NCBI GenBank assembly: GCA_030528445.1
Contig: JAUMYV010000001.1
Coordinates: 5,968-69,967, forward strand
DNA: 64,000 nucleotides
From: Porphyromonadaceae bacterium
GTDB taxonomy: Bacteria > Bacteroidota > Bacteroidia > Bacteroidales > Porphyromonadaceae
Direction of reading: 5' to 3'
Both the position numbers and the translations under genes were made by a program. This document shows positions 46,652-57,104 of the stretch, one piece after another (within the stretch, counting starts at the first letter, position 1; every line of letters begins with the position of its first letter). The notes under the pieces were generated by a model, which saw only the letters and a list, made by a program, of their open reading frames with translations, was not told the DNA's origin and made no database searches.

Positions 46652-47854
46652 TTACGATTCTTTAAGTGCGTTGGCGACTTCCTGCCCAAGAGCCCAAGCG
46701 GCATCCACGACCGCAGGCAGATCCGCCATCTTGAGCTCTACGGGCGTACCTATCTGCGTCCAGCCCATTTCTTCGGCAAAAGGCAATAGTTTCTTAACCG
46801 AGGCAGGCGCCCAAGTGTAGGAGCCGAAGACTGCATAGAGGCGATGCTTGAGCTCACGAACACGGATCAAGTTGAGCATATTCTCAATCGGAGAGAATAG
46901 GCCACCACAATAGGTTGGGCTACCAACGATTAGTGCCTTGTAAGTGAAAATATCGCGTAGGATCTCGGACTGATCGCTCTTGCTTACGTTGTGGCAGACC
47001 ACTTGGTTGATGCCAGCCTCGGCTAGAGACTGTGCGATGATATCTGCCATCTGCTCGGTATTGCCATACATAGAACCATAGAGGATTACAACGCCATCCT
47101 TGCCTTCGTAGCGGCTAAGGCGATCGTAAATCTCTAGGGCCTCGGGGAAGTGTTTAGGCGTCCAAACCACTCCGTGCGTAGGGCAGATATAGTCGATTGT
47201 CAGATTCTGCTCGTTCATTGACTTGAGGGCTTTCTGAACGAATGTGCCATATTTACCTACAATGCAAGAGTAATAGCGATGCATCTCTCTGAAGTAGAGA
47301 TCTAGATCGGCTTGGTAGTCGAAGATATGACCATTCAAAGCGCCAAAGGTTCCGAATGCGTCCGCGGAGAAAAGCACCTTTTTAGTTTGCTCGTAGGTAA
47401 ACATTACCTCAGGCCAGTGTACCATGGGTGCCATCAAGAAGGAGAACTCATGCTTGCCCACACGGATCGCATCACCACTCTTTACCTCAACAAGTCCGTC
47501 AGTGATGCCGTGGTAGCCCTTGAGCATATCGAAAGTCTTCTTATTACCAATGATCTTGACATTGGGATAGCGCTTACGAAGCAAGCCGATAGACCCTCCG
47601 TGGTCGGGTTCCATGTGGTTAACAATCAAGTAATCGAGCTGGCGATCGCCAAGCACGGTCTCAATCTTATGGAAAAACACATCTGAGTAGCACACATCGA
47701 CCGTATCGATAAGTGTAGTCACCTCGTCGACTACGAGGAAAGAGTTGTACGACACACCGTAGGGCAGCGACCACATATTCTCGAAGAGCTCCTTGGTGCG
47801 GTCGTTAACTCCAACGTAGTAAATAGAGTCTGTAACCTGAGGTACTTGATACAT
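46652..47854 (-). CDS. FprA-family A-type flavoprotein (flavodiiron protein: metallo-beta-lactamase plus flavodoxin domains)
   Basis: An HMEPDHGG di-iron motif and a C-terminal flavodoxin-like domain. The start is trimmed to Met23 (MYQVPQV) to avoid a 47-bp overlap with lgt; the track ORF runs to 47920. Confidence 0.75.
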   Translation of the reverse strand: MYQVPQVTDSIYYVGVNDRTKELFENMWSLPYGVSYNSFLVVDEVTTLIDTVDVCYSDVFFHKIETVLGDRQLDYLIVNHMEPDHGGSIGLLRKRYPNVKIIGNKKTFDMLKGYHGITDGLVEVKSGDAIRVGKHEFSFLMAPMVHWPEVMFTYEQTKKVLFSADAFGTFGALNGHIFDYQADLDLYFREMHRYYSCIVGKYGTFVQKALKSMNEQNLTIDYICPTHGVVWTPKHFPEALEIYDRLSRYEGKDGVVILYGSMYGNTEQMADIIAQSLAEAGINQVVCHNVSKSDQSEILRDIFTYKALIVGSPTYCGGLFSPIENMLNLIRVRELKHRLYAVFGSYTWAPASVKKLLPFAEEMGWTQIGTPVELKMADLPAVVDAAWALGQEVANALKES

Positions 47855-47873
47855 ATTATTAGGTGTTTGATTA

Positions 47874-48770
47874 TTATGCTTGGTTAGTTGATTGGAGAGG
47901 ATGCTTATAGGCACGAACAATGAGCCAAAGCCCTACTAGAACGAATGGGATGCTCAAGAGCTGACCCATATTGAGCCCGATGGCTTGTATCATATCTAGT
48001 TCCCAGCTCTCCTGCACATTCTTAATGCTCTCTACGATGACACGAGCACCGAATATGCCTGTCAGGAAATAACCGAGGATTAGACCCGAGTAGTGTAGGG
48101 CAGCATCACGCTTCCAGTATAGCCACATGCAGCATGCGAAGACAAGTAGATAAGCCAGCGCCTCGTAGAGCTGAGTGGGATGCCAGCCGATAGAGCCCGA
48201 GAGCAGTCCCTGCTCCACCTCTGTCAGTGCTTCACCTGCTCTATGCTTGGCGAAGATATTGTAATACTCGCCCGACCGCACGAAGCTGAATGCCCAAGGC
48301 AGTTGTGTTGGGCGACCGAAAATTTCGCTATTCATTAGATTGCCCAGACGAATCAACGCCGCGGCCAAACCCACAGGCACGGCTAAGCGGTCTAGCGTCC
48401 ATGTAATTGGCTTTTTGACTACTCGGCGAGAATAAATCCACACAGCGATGATGATGCCTAGCGTACCGCCATGGCTAGCAAGACCTCCCTCCCACACGGC
48501 GAAGATCTTGAGCGGATTGGCTAGATAATATATAGGGTCATAGAAAAGGACGTGCCCCAGTCTAGCCCCAACCACTGTACCAAGAACAACGTATATATAG
48601 AGCGAACTCATCCACTCGGGATTGAGCTTCTCGCGCTTCCAAATTTTTTCCTCAATAGCGGGTCCCAAAATCAAGAGACCCAGGGCAAAGAGCAATCCAT
48701 ACCAACGAACCTCTCGACCAAATAGCTCAAAGATAGCAGGGTCTACATTCCAATTAATGACGCTAAGCAT
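47874..48770 (-). CDS. lgt: prolipoprotein diacylglyceryl transferase
   Basis: 298 aa polytopic protein with a typical Lgt N-terminus. Confidence 0.85.
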   Translation of the reverse strand: MLSVINWNVDPAIFELFGREVRWYGLLFALGLLILGPAIEEKIWKREKLNPEWMSSLYIYVVLGTVVGARLGHVLFYDPIYYLANPLKIFAVWEGGLASHGGTLGIIIAVWIYSRRVVKKPITWTLDRLAVPVGLAAALIRLGNLMNSEIFGRPTQLPWAFSFVRSGEYYNIFAKHRAGEALTEVEQGLLSGSIGWHPTQLYEALAYLLVFACCMWLYWKRDAALHYSGLILGYFLTGIFGARVIVESIKNVQESWELDMIQAIGLNMGQLLSIPFVLVGLWLIVRAYKHPLQSTNQA

Positions 48771-48797
48771 ACTACGTGGTGATGTGAATTAGATAGA

Positions 48798-49703
48798 CTA
48801 ACAAAGTTTGGCAATCCACTGCTCACGCTCCCCAGGCAAGAGGTCTATGAGCGGGATCTCCTGCATCGTGTAGCAGCCGCTACTCTGTCGCATAGAAGCA
48901 CGAGCCACTGCTACAAGAATCTGTGCCGTGAGGGCTGGATTGTTGATACGCATATTAAACTCAAGGAGCTGATTGTGCGTCTGGCCCGACACGCCCTTGC
49001 GCGTCATATTGACCCCATGCCCCATATCAATGAGCGCGTCGACGGAGTCCACGATTTGCACGTGCGTCTCATCGTTTGCGAAGTATTCATCCGCCTTGAT
49101 TGCAGCCTTAACCTGATCTGGTTCGTAGCCTTCTTCTAGCTCAATGTAGACCATTCGCCTATGAATCCCTGTCCCTGTTGGGATTGTCATTGATAGGGCT
49201 TTGCGAACACCTGAGATAGCCTTAACTGCTACCGTATGCCCCATGCTCATCCCTGGGCCAAAGTTGGTGTACGTTACCCCTTTGGGGACAATTGCCTCCA
49301 TAAGCGTGCGAACGATGGAGTCGCTACCTGGATCCCAGCCAGAGGCAATAATCGCCACGGCATTGTTTTCTCGAGCCTGATTCCCTAGGCTGCGGCGTAG
49401 TGCCACGATGCCCGTGTGGATGTCGTAGCTATCGACTGTATTGATGCCAAGGCTCAAGATCTCTAGCGCTGTAGCCTCTACCAAGCGTGTTGGTGAGCAA
49501 ATGATCGCTACATCTACCTGCCCAAGCTCAGAGATATGCCCAACTACTGGATAGGGCGAGAGCTCATGGGGGATCTGTGTAGGGTCTCGGCGTACAACGC
49601 CTGCGATCTCAAAATCATCTGCGGCTCGGAGAGCCTCTACTGCATAGCGACCAATATTGCCATAACCTACGATGGCCGCTCTAATAGTCTTTGCCTTCGA
49701 CAT
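48798..49703 (-). CDS. ddh: meso-diaminopimelate D-dehydrogenase
   Basis: 301 aa with AIVGYGNIGR Rossmann and SGWDPG motifs, matching Corynebacterium/Porphyromonas Ddh. Confidence 0.8.
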   Translation of the reverse strand: MSKAKTIRAAIVGYGNIGRYAVEALRAADDFEIAGVVRRDPTQIPHELSPYPVVGHISELGQVDVAIICSPTRLVEATALEILSLGINTVDSYDIHTGIVALRRSLGNQARENNAVAIIASGWDPGSDSIVRTLMEAIVPKGVTYTNFGPGMSMGHTVAVKAISGVRKALSMTIPTGTGIHRRMVYIELEEGYEPDQVKAAIKADEYFANDETHVQIVDSVDALIDMGHGVNMTRKGVSGQTHNQLLEFNMRINNPALTAQILVAVARASMRQSSGCYTMQEIPLIDLLPGEREQWIAKLC

Positions 49704-49865
49704 TTTTCGTTTCTAATCCTATTTCTTTCTGTTATATAATTTAGCAAGACAAAGGTAATCATTTATCACTAAACCAGAGAGTCCTAGAAAACAACCAAAG
49801 GACTGGAGATAGATAGCTCAAGCTACCCTCTCCAGCCCTCTATATGTGTTGTATGGGGCTATCTG

Positions 49866-51221
49866 TTAGAATCCAAACTTGCCGGGGAATTTGGGCATCT
49901 TCGGGAGCTTAGGCATCTTACCGCTGAAGCCCTGTAGTTGCTTCATCATCTTGCGCATCTGGGTGAACTGGTTAATCAGTTTATTGACCTCTTGCACGCT
50001 CGTGCCACTACCGTCGGCAATGCGCTTGCGTCGGCGACCATCAATGATAGACGGGCGCTTACGCTCCTCTGGTGTCATGGAGTAGATGATTGCTTCTACG
50101 CTCTTGAAGGCATTGTCATCCAGTTCGATGCCCTTGTTGTCGTTCATTAGCTTGCTTAACCCTGGGATCATTGAGGCAAGATCCTTGAGGCTACCCATTT
50201 TCTTGATTTGCTGTATCTGAGCGAGGAAGTCATTGAAGTCGAACTGATCTTTGGCGATGCGCTCCTCCAGCCTACGAGCCTCACGCTCATCGTACTGTTG
50301 CTGTGCACGCTCAACCAAAGAGATGATGTCACCCATGCCGAGGATGCGGTCTGCCATACGATCGGGATGGAAGACATCTAGAGCATCCATCTTCTCGCCT
50401 GTGCCGACAAACTTGATTGGCTTGTCTACGACAGATCGAATGGAGAGGGCGGCACCACCACGTGTATCACCATCGAGCTTGGTTAGGACAACGCCATCGA
50501 AGTCTAGACGCTGATTAAACTCCTTGGCGGTGTTCACGGCATCTTGACCTGTCATCGAGTCTACGACGAAGAGTGTCTCCGAGGGCTTGATCCCGGCCTT
50601 AATCGCTTCAATCTCGCGCATCATCTCCTCGTCGATAGCTAGACGACCAGCTGTATCGACGATCACGGTGTCGCACCCCTGAGCCATAGCCTCGGCGACA
50701 CCACGACGGGCGATGCCTACGGGGTCTTTGCTGTCTAGGTCGAAGAAAATAGGAACGCCAATCTGCTCGGCTAGTACCCTAAGTTGCTCGATAGCTGCGG
50801 GACGATAGACGTCGGCTGCCACGAGTAGCGGCTTGCGGCTCTGCTTCGTCTTGAGGAGGTTGGCTAGCTTGCCACTCATCGTGGTCTTACCAGAGCCTTG
50901 CAGACCCGACATAAGAATGATGGCTGGATGCCCCGAGAGGTTAATATCCATGGCCTTACCACCCATGAGCTCGGCGAGCTCATCGTGGACGATCTTGACC
51001 ATCAATTCTCCTGGGCGAACTGAAGTAAGCACATTCTGCCCAAGTGCCTTGACTTTGATTTGTTCGGTAAACTGCTTGGCTACATTATAGTTCACGTCGG
51101 CCTCTAGGAGTGCACGGCGCACATCTTTGAGGGTCTCGGCTACATTTATCTCGGTGATTTTGCCCTCACCTTTGAGGATCTTAAATGATCTCTCGAGTCT
51201 TTCGCTTAAATTTTCGAACAT
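49866..51221 (-). CDS. ffh: signal recognition particle protein
   Basis: 451 aa with NG and M domains and GLQGSGKTT. Confidence 0.95.
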   Translation of the reverse strand: MFENLSERLERSFKILKGEGKITEINVAETLKDVRRALLEADVNYNVAKQFTEQIKVKALGQNVLTSVRPGELMVKIVHDELAELMGGKAMDINLSGHPAIILMSGLQGSGKTTMSGKLANLLKTKQSRKPLLVAADVYRPAAIEQLRVLAEQIGVPIFFDLDSKDPVGIARRGVAEAMAQGCDTVIVDTAGRLAIDEEMMREIEAIKAGIKPSETLFVVDSMTGQDAVNTAKEFNQRLDFDGVVLTKLDGDTRGGAALSIRSVVDKPIKFVGTGEKMDALDVFHPDRMADRILGMGDIISLVERAQQQYDEREARRLEERIAKDQFDFNDFLAQIQQIKKMGSLKDLASMIPGLSKLMNDNKGIELDDNAFKSVEAIIYSMTPEERKRPSIIDGRRRKRIADGSGTSVQEVNKLINQFTQMRKMMKQLQGFSGKMPKLPKMPKFPGKFGF

Positions 51222-51279
51222 GAGCTTCTATCTCTTATGCCCCATACTCTCAGCCGTACCGAGAGTGGGCATCATACTA

Positions 51280-51630
51280 CTAAACGATTTGATTGGTAGC
51301 CGTATCGGGGAATACGACTGATGGCTTGAATCCCTGAGCCTCCTCGTAGGTCATCCAAGCATAGGCCATGATAATCACTATATCGCCTGGTTGTACCAAA
51401 CGAGCGGCTGCACCGTTGAGGCAAACGACTCCAGAGCCACGCTCGCCAGGTATAGTATAGGTTTCTAGGCGGGCACCATTATTGTTATTGACAATCTGCA
51501 CCTTCTCCCCAGGGAGGATATTGGCGGCCTCCATCAGAGCTTCGTCGATGGTAATGCTGCCGATGTAGCTAAGATTGGCCTCTGTGACGGTTACTCGATG
51601 TATCTTGGACTTAACAAGTTCTACTAACAT
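51280..51630 (-). CDS. panD: aspartate 1-decarboxylase
   Basis: 116 aa with a [21 protein letters not shown] pyruvoyl-precursor region. Confidence 0.9.
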   Translation of the reverse strand: MLVELVKSKIHRVTVTEANLSYIGSITIDEALMEAANILPGEKVQIVNNNNGARLETYTIPGERGSGVVCLNGAAARLVQPGDIVIIMAYAWMTYEEAQGFKPSVVFPDTATNQIV

Positions 51631-51763
51631 TATTTCTGTTGTTATTCCTTATAACGTAGGCAAAGATACTCTAATTCTCAAAACTGCAGATTCGCACGAG
51701 AGATACTATCTAGCCATAAAAACAAAAATCCAGTAAGCAATCGCCTACTGGAGTCTTTGATAG

Positions 51764-51836
51764 AGCGGAAGACGGGGCTCAAACCCGCGACCCTTAGCTT
51801 GGAAGGCTAATGCTCTATCAACTGAGCTACTTCCGC
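51764..51836 (-). tRNA. tRNA-Gly (anticodon TCC)
   Basis: Hand-folded, 73 nt: acceptor GCGGAAG/CTTCCGC, anticodon stem TTAGC/GCTAA with loop CTTCCAA. Confidence 0.8.
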
Positions 51837-51858
51837 ATTCCCTAAGGAAACAAAAGGG

Positions 51859-51941
51859 TGGGCAGTGATGGATTCGAACCACCGAAGGCATAAGCCAGCT
51901 GAGTTACAGTCAGCCCCATTTGGCCACTCTGGTAACTGCCC
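51859..51941 (-). tRNA. tRNA-Tyr (anticodon GTA)
   Basis: Hand-folded, 83 nt: acceptor GGGCAGT/ACTGCCC, anticodon loop CTGTAAC, long variable arm, T-loop GGTTCGAATCC. Confidence 0.8.
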
Positions 51942-51976
51942 TTCCTTGTTTTGTTTTTGCACTGCAAAGATAGAGA

Positions 51977-52486
51977 CTATTTTTCAACTGTGCAAATCGG
52001 CCGGCACATTTTTATCGCAGCCTCTGCTGCTTCCTCGCCCTTGTTGCCTAGTTTGCCTCCCGCACGTTCCTCTGCTTGAGTCATATTCTCTGTCGTTAGT
52101 ACACAGAAAATAACTGGCTTGATCTCGGAGAATTCGTGCGCGCGTGTCGCATTTAGGTAGCTGATGCCATAGCTCACGCCTTGGCAGATATAGTCGAAGT
52201 GGGGAGTATCGCCACGCACGACACAGCCGATCACGATGACCGCATCGATATTCATCTCTGCTCTTAGGCGTGCAGCAGCATTCGTGAGTTCAAAAGTACC
52301 TGGCACGCGCATGACCTTGATCTTCTTTACGCCAGATTGCTTGAGCACTCTGATGGCTCCCTCGAGGAGCACTTCTGTGATGTTACTATTCCACTCGGCC
52401 ACCGCTATGGCGATGCTAAGCCCCTTGCCATCCAAGATTACTGGGGCTTGGTGCTCTCTCGACTGGATGTATTCGATTGTAGACAT
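51977..52486 (-). CDS. ribH: 6,7-dimethyl-8-ribityllumazine synthase
   Basis: 169 aa, canonical RibH. Confidence 0.9.
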   Translation of the reverse strand: MSTIEYIQSREHQAPVILDGKGLSIAIAVAEWNSNITEVLLEGAIRVLKQSGVKKIKVMRVPGTFELTNAAARLRAEMNIDAVIVIGCVVRGDTPHFDYICQGVSYGISYLNATRAHEFSEIKPVIFCVLTTENMTQAEERAGGKLGNKGEEAAEAAIKMCRPICTVEK

Positions 52487-52591
52487 AATCCTACTATACG
52501 TATTTATATATGGTGTAATGAAAATGTCGCATGATGAGACCCACTAAGTGAGAGACACCATGCGACGAATGATATCATCAACAAAACTGAC

Positions 52592-53281
52592 TTACTTGAC
52601 AGCGGCTGTAGCGCGGATAATATCGGCCTCTACAGTCTGAGCCTCTGGGGCGGTGTAGTACTTGGTCTTGATGCTTTGATATAGCTCTAGGGCTTTCTTA
52701 GGGTCTCCTAGTTTCTCATAGGCGTGGCCCGCCTTGATGAGGCAGCTGGGAGCAATCGCATCGTTGTCTGCCATAGATGCAGCCTTCTCGTAGGCGCTAG
52801 CAGCCTCCTTGATTTGGCCAAGTTGAGCATGGCAGTCACCGATAAGGCGTTGGATAGATGGAGCTACATAGGCATCCTTGGATGTAAACTGCTTGAGCGC
52901 ATCGAGCGCTTCCTGATATTTGCCTGCATCGTAGAGGCAGATGCCAGCATAGGCGTACGATAGGTTGGCTGCTGCCGAACCCGAGTATTCCTTCTGGATG
53001 GCCTCGAAGCCCATAATAGCCATGCCTTCGCCTTTGAGAGCTACACTATCCTGACCCATAAGAAAGCGGTCTTCGGCTACATACATAGCAGCAGAAGCCT
53101 TCTCGGCAGCTGGTTTGCTTACCTTATTGACATAGACGAAAGCGCCAACACCAATGAGAATAACGGCACCGAGGGCGATGAGGATCTTCTTCAGATTTTT
53201 CTCTAGGAATTGCTCTCCCTGCACCATAGCTTCCTCTACCTGTGTCTCTAGTTCAGAATTTTGAAGATGTTTTTTAGACAT
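52592..53281 (-). CDS. membrane-anchored tetratricopeptide-repeat protein
   Basis: 229 aa with an N-terminal TM segment and TPR-like repeats. Confidence 0.7.
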   Translation of the reverse strand: MSKKHLQNSELETQVEEAMVQGEQFLEKNLKKILIALGAVILIGVGAFVYVNKVSKPAAEKASAAMYVAEDRFLMGQDSVALKGEGMAIMGFEAIQKEYSGSAAANLSYAYAGICLYDAGKYQEALDALKQFTSKDAYVAPSIQRLIGDCHAQLGQIKEAASAYEKAASMADNDAIAPSCLIKAGHAYEKLGDPKKALELYQSIKTKYYTAPEAQTVEADIIRATAAVK

Positions 53282-53650
53282 ACTTATTCTAGCTTGTATT
53301 ATTTGATTTGTTTATAATCCTAATTATTAGCCCTGCAAAGGTAAGAATAAGTCATTATAAACCAAAAGCCTCTTCGGTTAGATAGGGCTAGGGAAGGGCT
53401 CAATCCTCCAGCAGTTTAACATCCGTGCCTGGAGTCTGCGCTTCCAATTTGGATACAAAATAATAACACACAAATTGCAGAGTCGCAAGTATCTCTGCAA
53501 TTTGTATGTCAGTGAGTTTTGACTCACTGTGTGACTTTCGACATTTGCTCCGCACGGATTTCGTCGTCGGGCTTGGTTATTGACATGAGCAAACTCCCTG
53601 CGCCCTCAGTCTCAATGTCTTGTGGTTGCCGCATGCTGCAAAGGTCTCTC

Positions 53651-54985
53651 TTATTGCTTTGGGGCAGTTTTGAAGTTGTACAAGAAAGGCTCGGTCGAGA
53701 TGCCGCGCTTCTTGTCTAGTCCAATCGCTATCAAGACATAGTCTGTATTGGGTCTCTTGGGCTTGAAGTACTTGTCCGTGAGCTCAGTAGTGCCTGTTTT
53801 GATAAGTTCATCGAGAGACTTGTGCTCGCGTTCGCCGTATATGCATTGTAATATCATATATTGCATAGCGGGAATGCCTTCGACCATTTCGTTAGCTTTG
53901 CTTTTGTTTAGGTAGTGGTCGACAAAGGTTTTTTTCTGGATGGTAATGTAGTAGCCGTCCGTGTTACTTGGTTTGAGGCTTCCGATCAGAGCACTTGATG
54001 TGATTTCCTTTTGTTCGAAGCTAAATGTATTGCTCGATGAGGTGTAGGGTTTGGATCTGAATGCAAACTCCTGGAGTCCAGTCGTTAGCTCTTTCTTCTC
54101 GTTGATGCCATAGCAGTAGACGATGTATTCGGTGTTTGGCCAAACGCACAGGTCGGAAGTGATGCCTTCGGAGAGCTTGCCTGTCTGTTTGCCTTTTGTG
54201 AGCGTACGCTTGAAGATCTCATCGCCGAATTTGCCCCAAAAAGCCATGTCTGCCTTGATAACATCGCCATGTCTTTGGTTAATTTCTTCGTACATAGATT
54301 TGCGCAGAATCGTGTAGATGTAGGTCATCTCTGGGTCGGGGGATTCGATGGTGAAGTCTCCGTCTAGAGCCTCAAGGTTGGATATAGTCACTTTGAATTT
54401 GGCTTCTGCTGCCGAGGTAACCGTTACTTCGCACTTAGCTTCATGGCCATGAGTGCTTGCCGTAATGGTGGTTTTCCCCTCCTTTAGAGCAACGACCTCT
54501 CCTTGGTTGACTGTGGCAACATTGGTGTCGCTACTCTTCCAGGCAATAGTAGCTGTGGCTCCTGCTGGCGCTAGAGTAGCTATTAGCTTGAGCTTTTCTC
54601 CCACCTTTATTTCTGCCGAATTTTTGTCTAGCATGATGCTTTCGATAGTCAGGGGCTGAGCCTTCACGGTTACCACGCAGACTGCTGTTGCCTTGCCACA
54701 TTTGGCAGAGATATTTGCAGTTCCTTCCTTGATAGCTTTAATCAGACCATTTTCGACGGATGCAACAGAGGGGGCACTGCTCTCCCAGAGAATTGTTTTG
54801 TCTACAGCATTTGCGGGCTTAACCTCCGCTTCCAATTGCACGCTAGCACCAACGCTTAGTGTGACGAGACCTTTGCTTAGAGCTATGCTCTCCGCTTCTG
54901 TGCGCACCTCCTCTTTTTCTTTACACATCGTCAGTGATGTGGCGCATAGCGTTAGGGCTACGAGCTGCTTCCAAATACCTTTCAT
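53651..54985 (-). CDS. surface lipoprotein with two bacterial Ig-like (Big_2) domains
   Basis: 444 aa with a signal peptide, a Cys lipobox and two Big_2-like repeats. Confidence 0.7.
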   Translation of the reverse strand: MKGIWKQLVALTLCATSLTMCKEKEEVRTEAESIALSKGLVTLSVGASVQLEAEVKPANAVDKTILWESSAPSVASVENGLIKAIKEGTANISAKCGKATAVCVVTVKAQPLTIESIMLDKNSAEIKVGEKLKLIATLAPAGATATIAWKSSDTNVATVNQGEVVALKEGKTTITASTHGHEAKCEVTVTSAAEAKFKVTISNLEALDGDFTIESPDPEMTYIYTILRKSMYEEINQRHGDVIKADMAFWGKFGDEIFKRTLTKGKQTGKLSEGITSDLCVWPNTEYIVYCYGINEKKELTTGLQEFAFRSKPYTSSSNTFSFEQKEITSSALIGSLKPSNTDGYYITIQKKTFVDHYLNKSKANEMVEGIPAMQYMILQCIYGEREHKSLDELIKTGTTELTDKYFKPKRPNTDYVLIAIGLDKKRGISTEPFLYNFKTAPKQ

Positions 54986-55249
54986 TGTTTATCTGTGTTT
55001 AAGTGTTTTTAATGTGAGAGCAACGCTTTGCTCTCGTGACTTGTATCAATGTCCAACAAATATAGCGAATAGGCTCTAGATTGACCAAATAAATTGGATG
55101 GAAATAAAGCTTGTGAAAATTCGTTGGAATTGTTGTGTGCAGAGGCTGTGATTTAAGCAAATCCATTGCTCGTTGTAGAGGTGGGTTTTTTGAAACAAAA
55201 ATTTGCACTTGTGTTGATGTTTGAAGGCCATGGTGATTGGCTTCGTCCA

Positions 55250-55530
55250 TTGGGAACCCCAAAAAGGCAGATCGCGTATTTGCCGTCTAAGAGCCTCTAG
55301 ATTGCGTTTGACCGCGTTTTGGCTCTAACCCCCTAGGCGGATGAAGATAGTCGCTCAAAACGAGCTGTTTGTAATTGATTGTTTTTCAGTTGGATAAAAT
55401 GTGTGTTTGGGGGCGTTTTATCTTGTTGAAGCATCCATTTCAGAATTTCTCTGCACCAATCTTTTCGGGTTTGTGTATACATCGCCGAAAATTAGTCCTA
55501 CAATCTCTCAAAAACTCTAATAGATTTTGA
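55250..55530 (-). repeat. Copy C (inverted) of the modular intergenic repeat family, pointing toward the Big_2 lipoprotein gene
   Basis: The reverse complements of 55441-55530 and 55255-55345 align with blocks 1 and 2 of copies A and B; the palindrome is degenerate here. Confidence 0.55.
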
Positions 55531-55847
55531 GGCAAGTCGGATGTGATCCTCAAAACTATCTCATCTTTTGCTTGAATTTTATAGTTGTTTTTTAACACTT
55601 CTTGGCGGTTGGTTTGTATTTTCGGTGTCAATGCCTCCAAGCTATTAAACATCAATTTGCTTTAATTTTTTAGGAAATGCTTGATTGTAATTGTAGAAAA
55701 GTTCCTTTGTTTATATATTTGCGACCTAAAAATCAGTATAATCCCAAAAATAGGTCAAAGAAAAATGGAGGGTAAAGCATCGTTAAACGGAGCTTCTACC
55801 TCGATTGATTCATAATAACTAATATTTACCTCGCAATCATCAGACTT

Positions 55848-57104
55848 ATGCACAGTAAACACCTTCTCTCTACTTTCGTTTTGGGGGCTATTCTGGTCTC
55901 TTCATGCACCAAGCAGGAGCCGTTGTCCCCGCAGACGCCTAGCACTCCATCAACGGAAGAGCCGCAAAAAGAGCAGCCAGCGACTCTATTCCCCAAGCCC
56001 GACAACTCTATTGAACTCACGGGCTATCCCGCCGAGAGGCTACTGAAGATACTCTCTATCCAAAAGATCGACCGAGTAATCGATCTAGGAGCAACGCGTA
56101 TTACGCAGGAGCAACTAGGCGAAATTAAAAATCTATCGGATCAGCTAGTCAAGGATAGTGGAGCAAGTACCCAGTTAGAGAAGCATCAGGTTCTCTTCAA
56201 ATGGATCACCTCAAAGGTCAAGTACGGGCATGTCTTTGATCCATCAATCCCCGACTTCAATAGCGCTTACTCAAGCTACAAGTACCAAAAAGCTATCTGC
56301 CAAGGCTATGCCAATCTGCTCAAAGTGATGTGCTACACCCAAGGCATCAATGCCCCTGTGGTCAATGGTCTGGCTAGATTCAATACATTAGGATCTCCCG
56401 CTGGGCATGCGTGGAACTATGTCCTGCTAGATGGGAAATGGCATGTCTCTGATCCGACGAATGGTATTTTCTACGAAGCCGATCGTAAAGATAAATTTAA
56501 TTTTCTCCTACCCGAGCGCTTGGACTTCGCACTCTGGCAAGACGATTATCTAACCTACATATATGAGAATCAAGAACTCACCGTAGGCGAAGTGCATGGT
56601 ACTGTGGCCGATGGTAAGCTTATGGTTCCCTACAGCATAGGAGGCATCCGCATCAGTAACTTTAACCCTACTTCCTTGCCCAAATCTGTTCGTGAAATCT
56701 ATCTGGGAATCAACATCAAGCACTTGGGTCTATCGGACAATCGTAGGCTACTACATATAGGAAGTGAGATCGAGAAGATCGCCATTGATCCCGAAAATAA
56801 GTATCTAGAAGATTTTCGCGGTAGTATCTACGAACGTGGTGAAAAGACGAGTAAGCTAATCCTAATCCCTGCGCGCCAAAAGAAGGTCTACCTCAAGGCG
56901 GAGAAAGAGATTGCCAAGAATACCCTCTATAATCACCTCGGTATAGAAGAGTTACATTTCTCCGAGGGAACTGAGGTAATCATGGATTATGCCGTGGAGA
57001 AGTGTCCTAGCCTCAAAGCAGTCTACGTTCCTCAGTCGGTCAAGACCATAGGTGCTAAGGCATTCGCCGAGTGCAGTCCAGAGCTCAAGGTCATTCGCTA
57101 CTAA
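55848..57104 (+). CDS. lipoprotein with a transglutaminase-like cysteine-peptidase core and a C-terminal BspA-type LRR segment
   Basis: 418 aa with signal peptide and lipobox SSC; CQGYANL…GHAWNYVLLDGKWHVSDPT is a Cys-His-Asp TGase-like core; the C-terminus has a SVKTIGAKAFAEC LRR_5-like unit. Confidence 0.7.
   Translation: MHSKHLLSTFVLGAILVSSCTKQEPLSPQTPSTPSTEEPQKEQPATLFPKPDNSIELTGYPAERLLKILSIQKIDRVIDLGATRITQEQLGEIKNLSDQLVKDSGASTQLEKHQVLFKWITSKVKYGHVFDPSIPDFNSAYSSYKYQKAICQGYANLLKVMCYTQGINAPVVNGLARFNTLGSPAGHAWNYVLLDGKWHVSDPTNGIFYEADRKDKFNFLLPERLDFALWQDDYLTYIYENQELTVGEVHGTVADGKLMVPYSIGGIRISNFNPTSLPKSVREIYLGINIKHLGLSDNRRLLHIGSEIEKIAIDPENKYLEDFRGSIYERGEKTSKLILIPARQKKVYLKAEKEIAKNTLYNHLGIEELHFSEGTEVIMDYAVEKCPSLKAVYVPQSVKTIGAKAFAECSPELKVIRY

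Noticed and set aside
49800-49837. Hairpin CTGGAGA…TCTCCAG downstream of ffh as a terminator
   Set aside because: It has only a 7-bp stem with a 22-nt loop and a weak T-run. It is too marginal to list as a feature.
52487-52591. FMN riboswitch upstream of ribH
   Set aside because: The gap is only ~105 bp and lacks the conserved FMN-element stems, and ribH is not preceded by other rib genes here.
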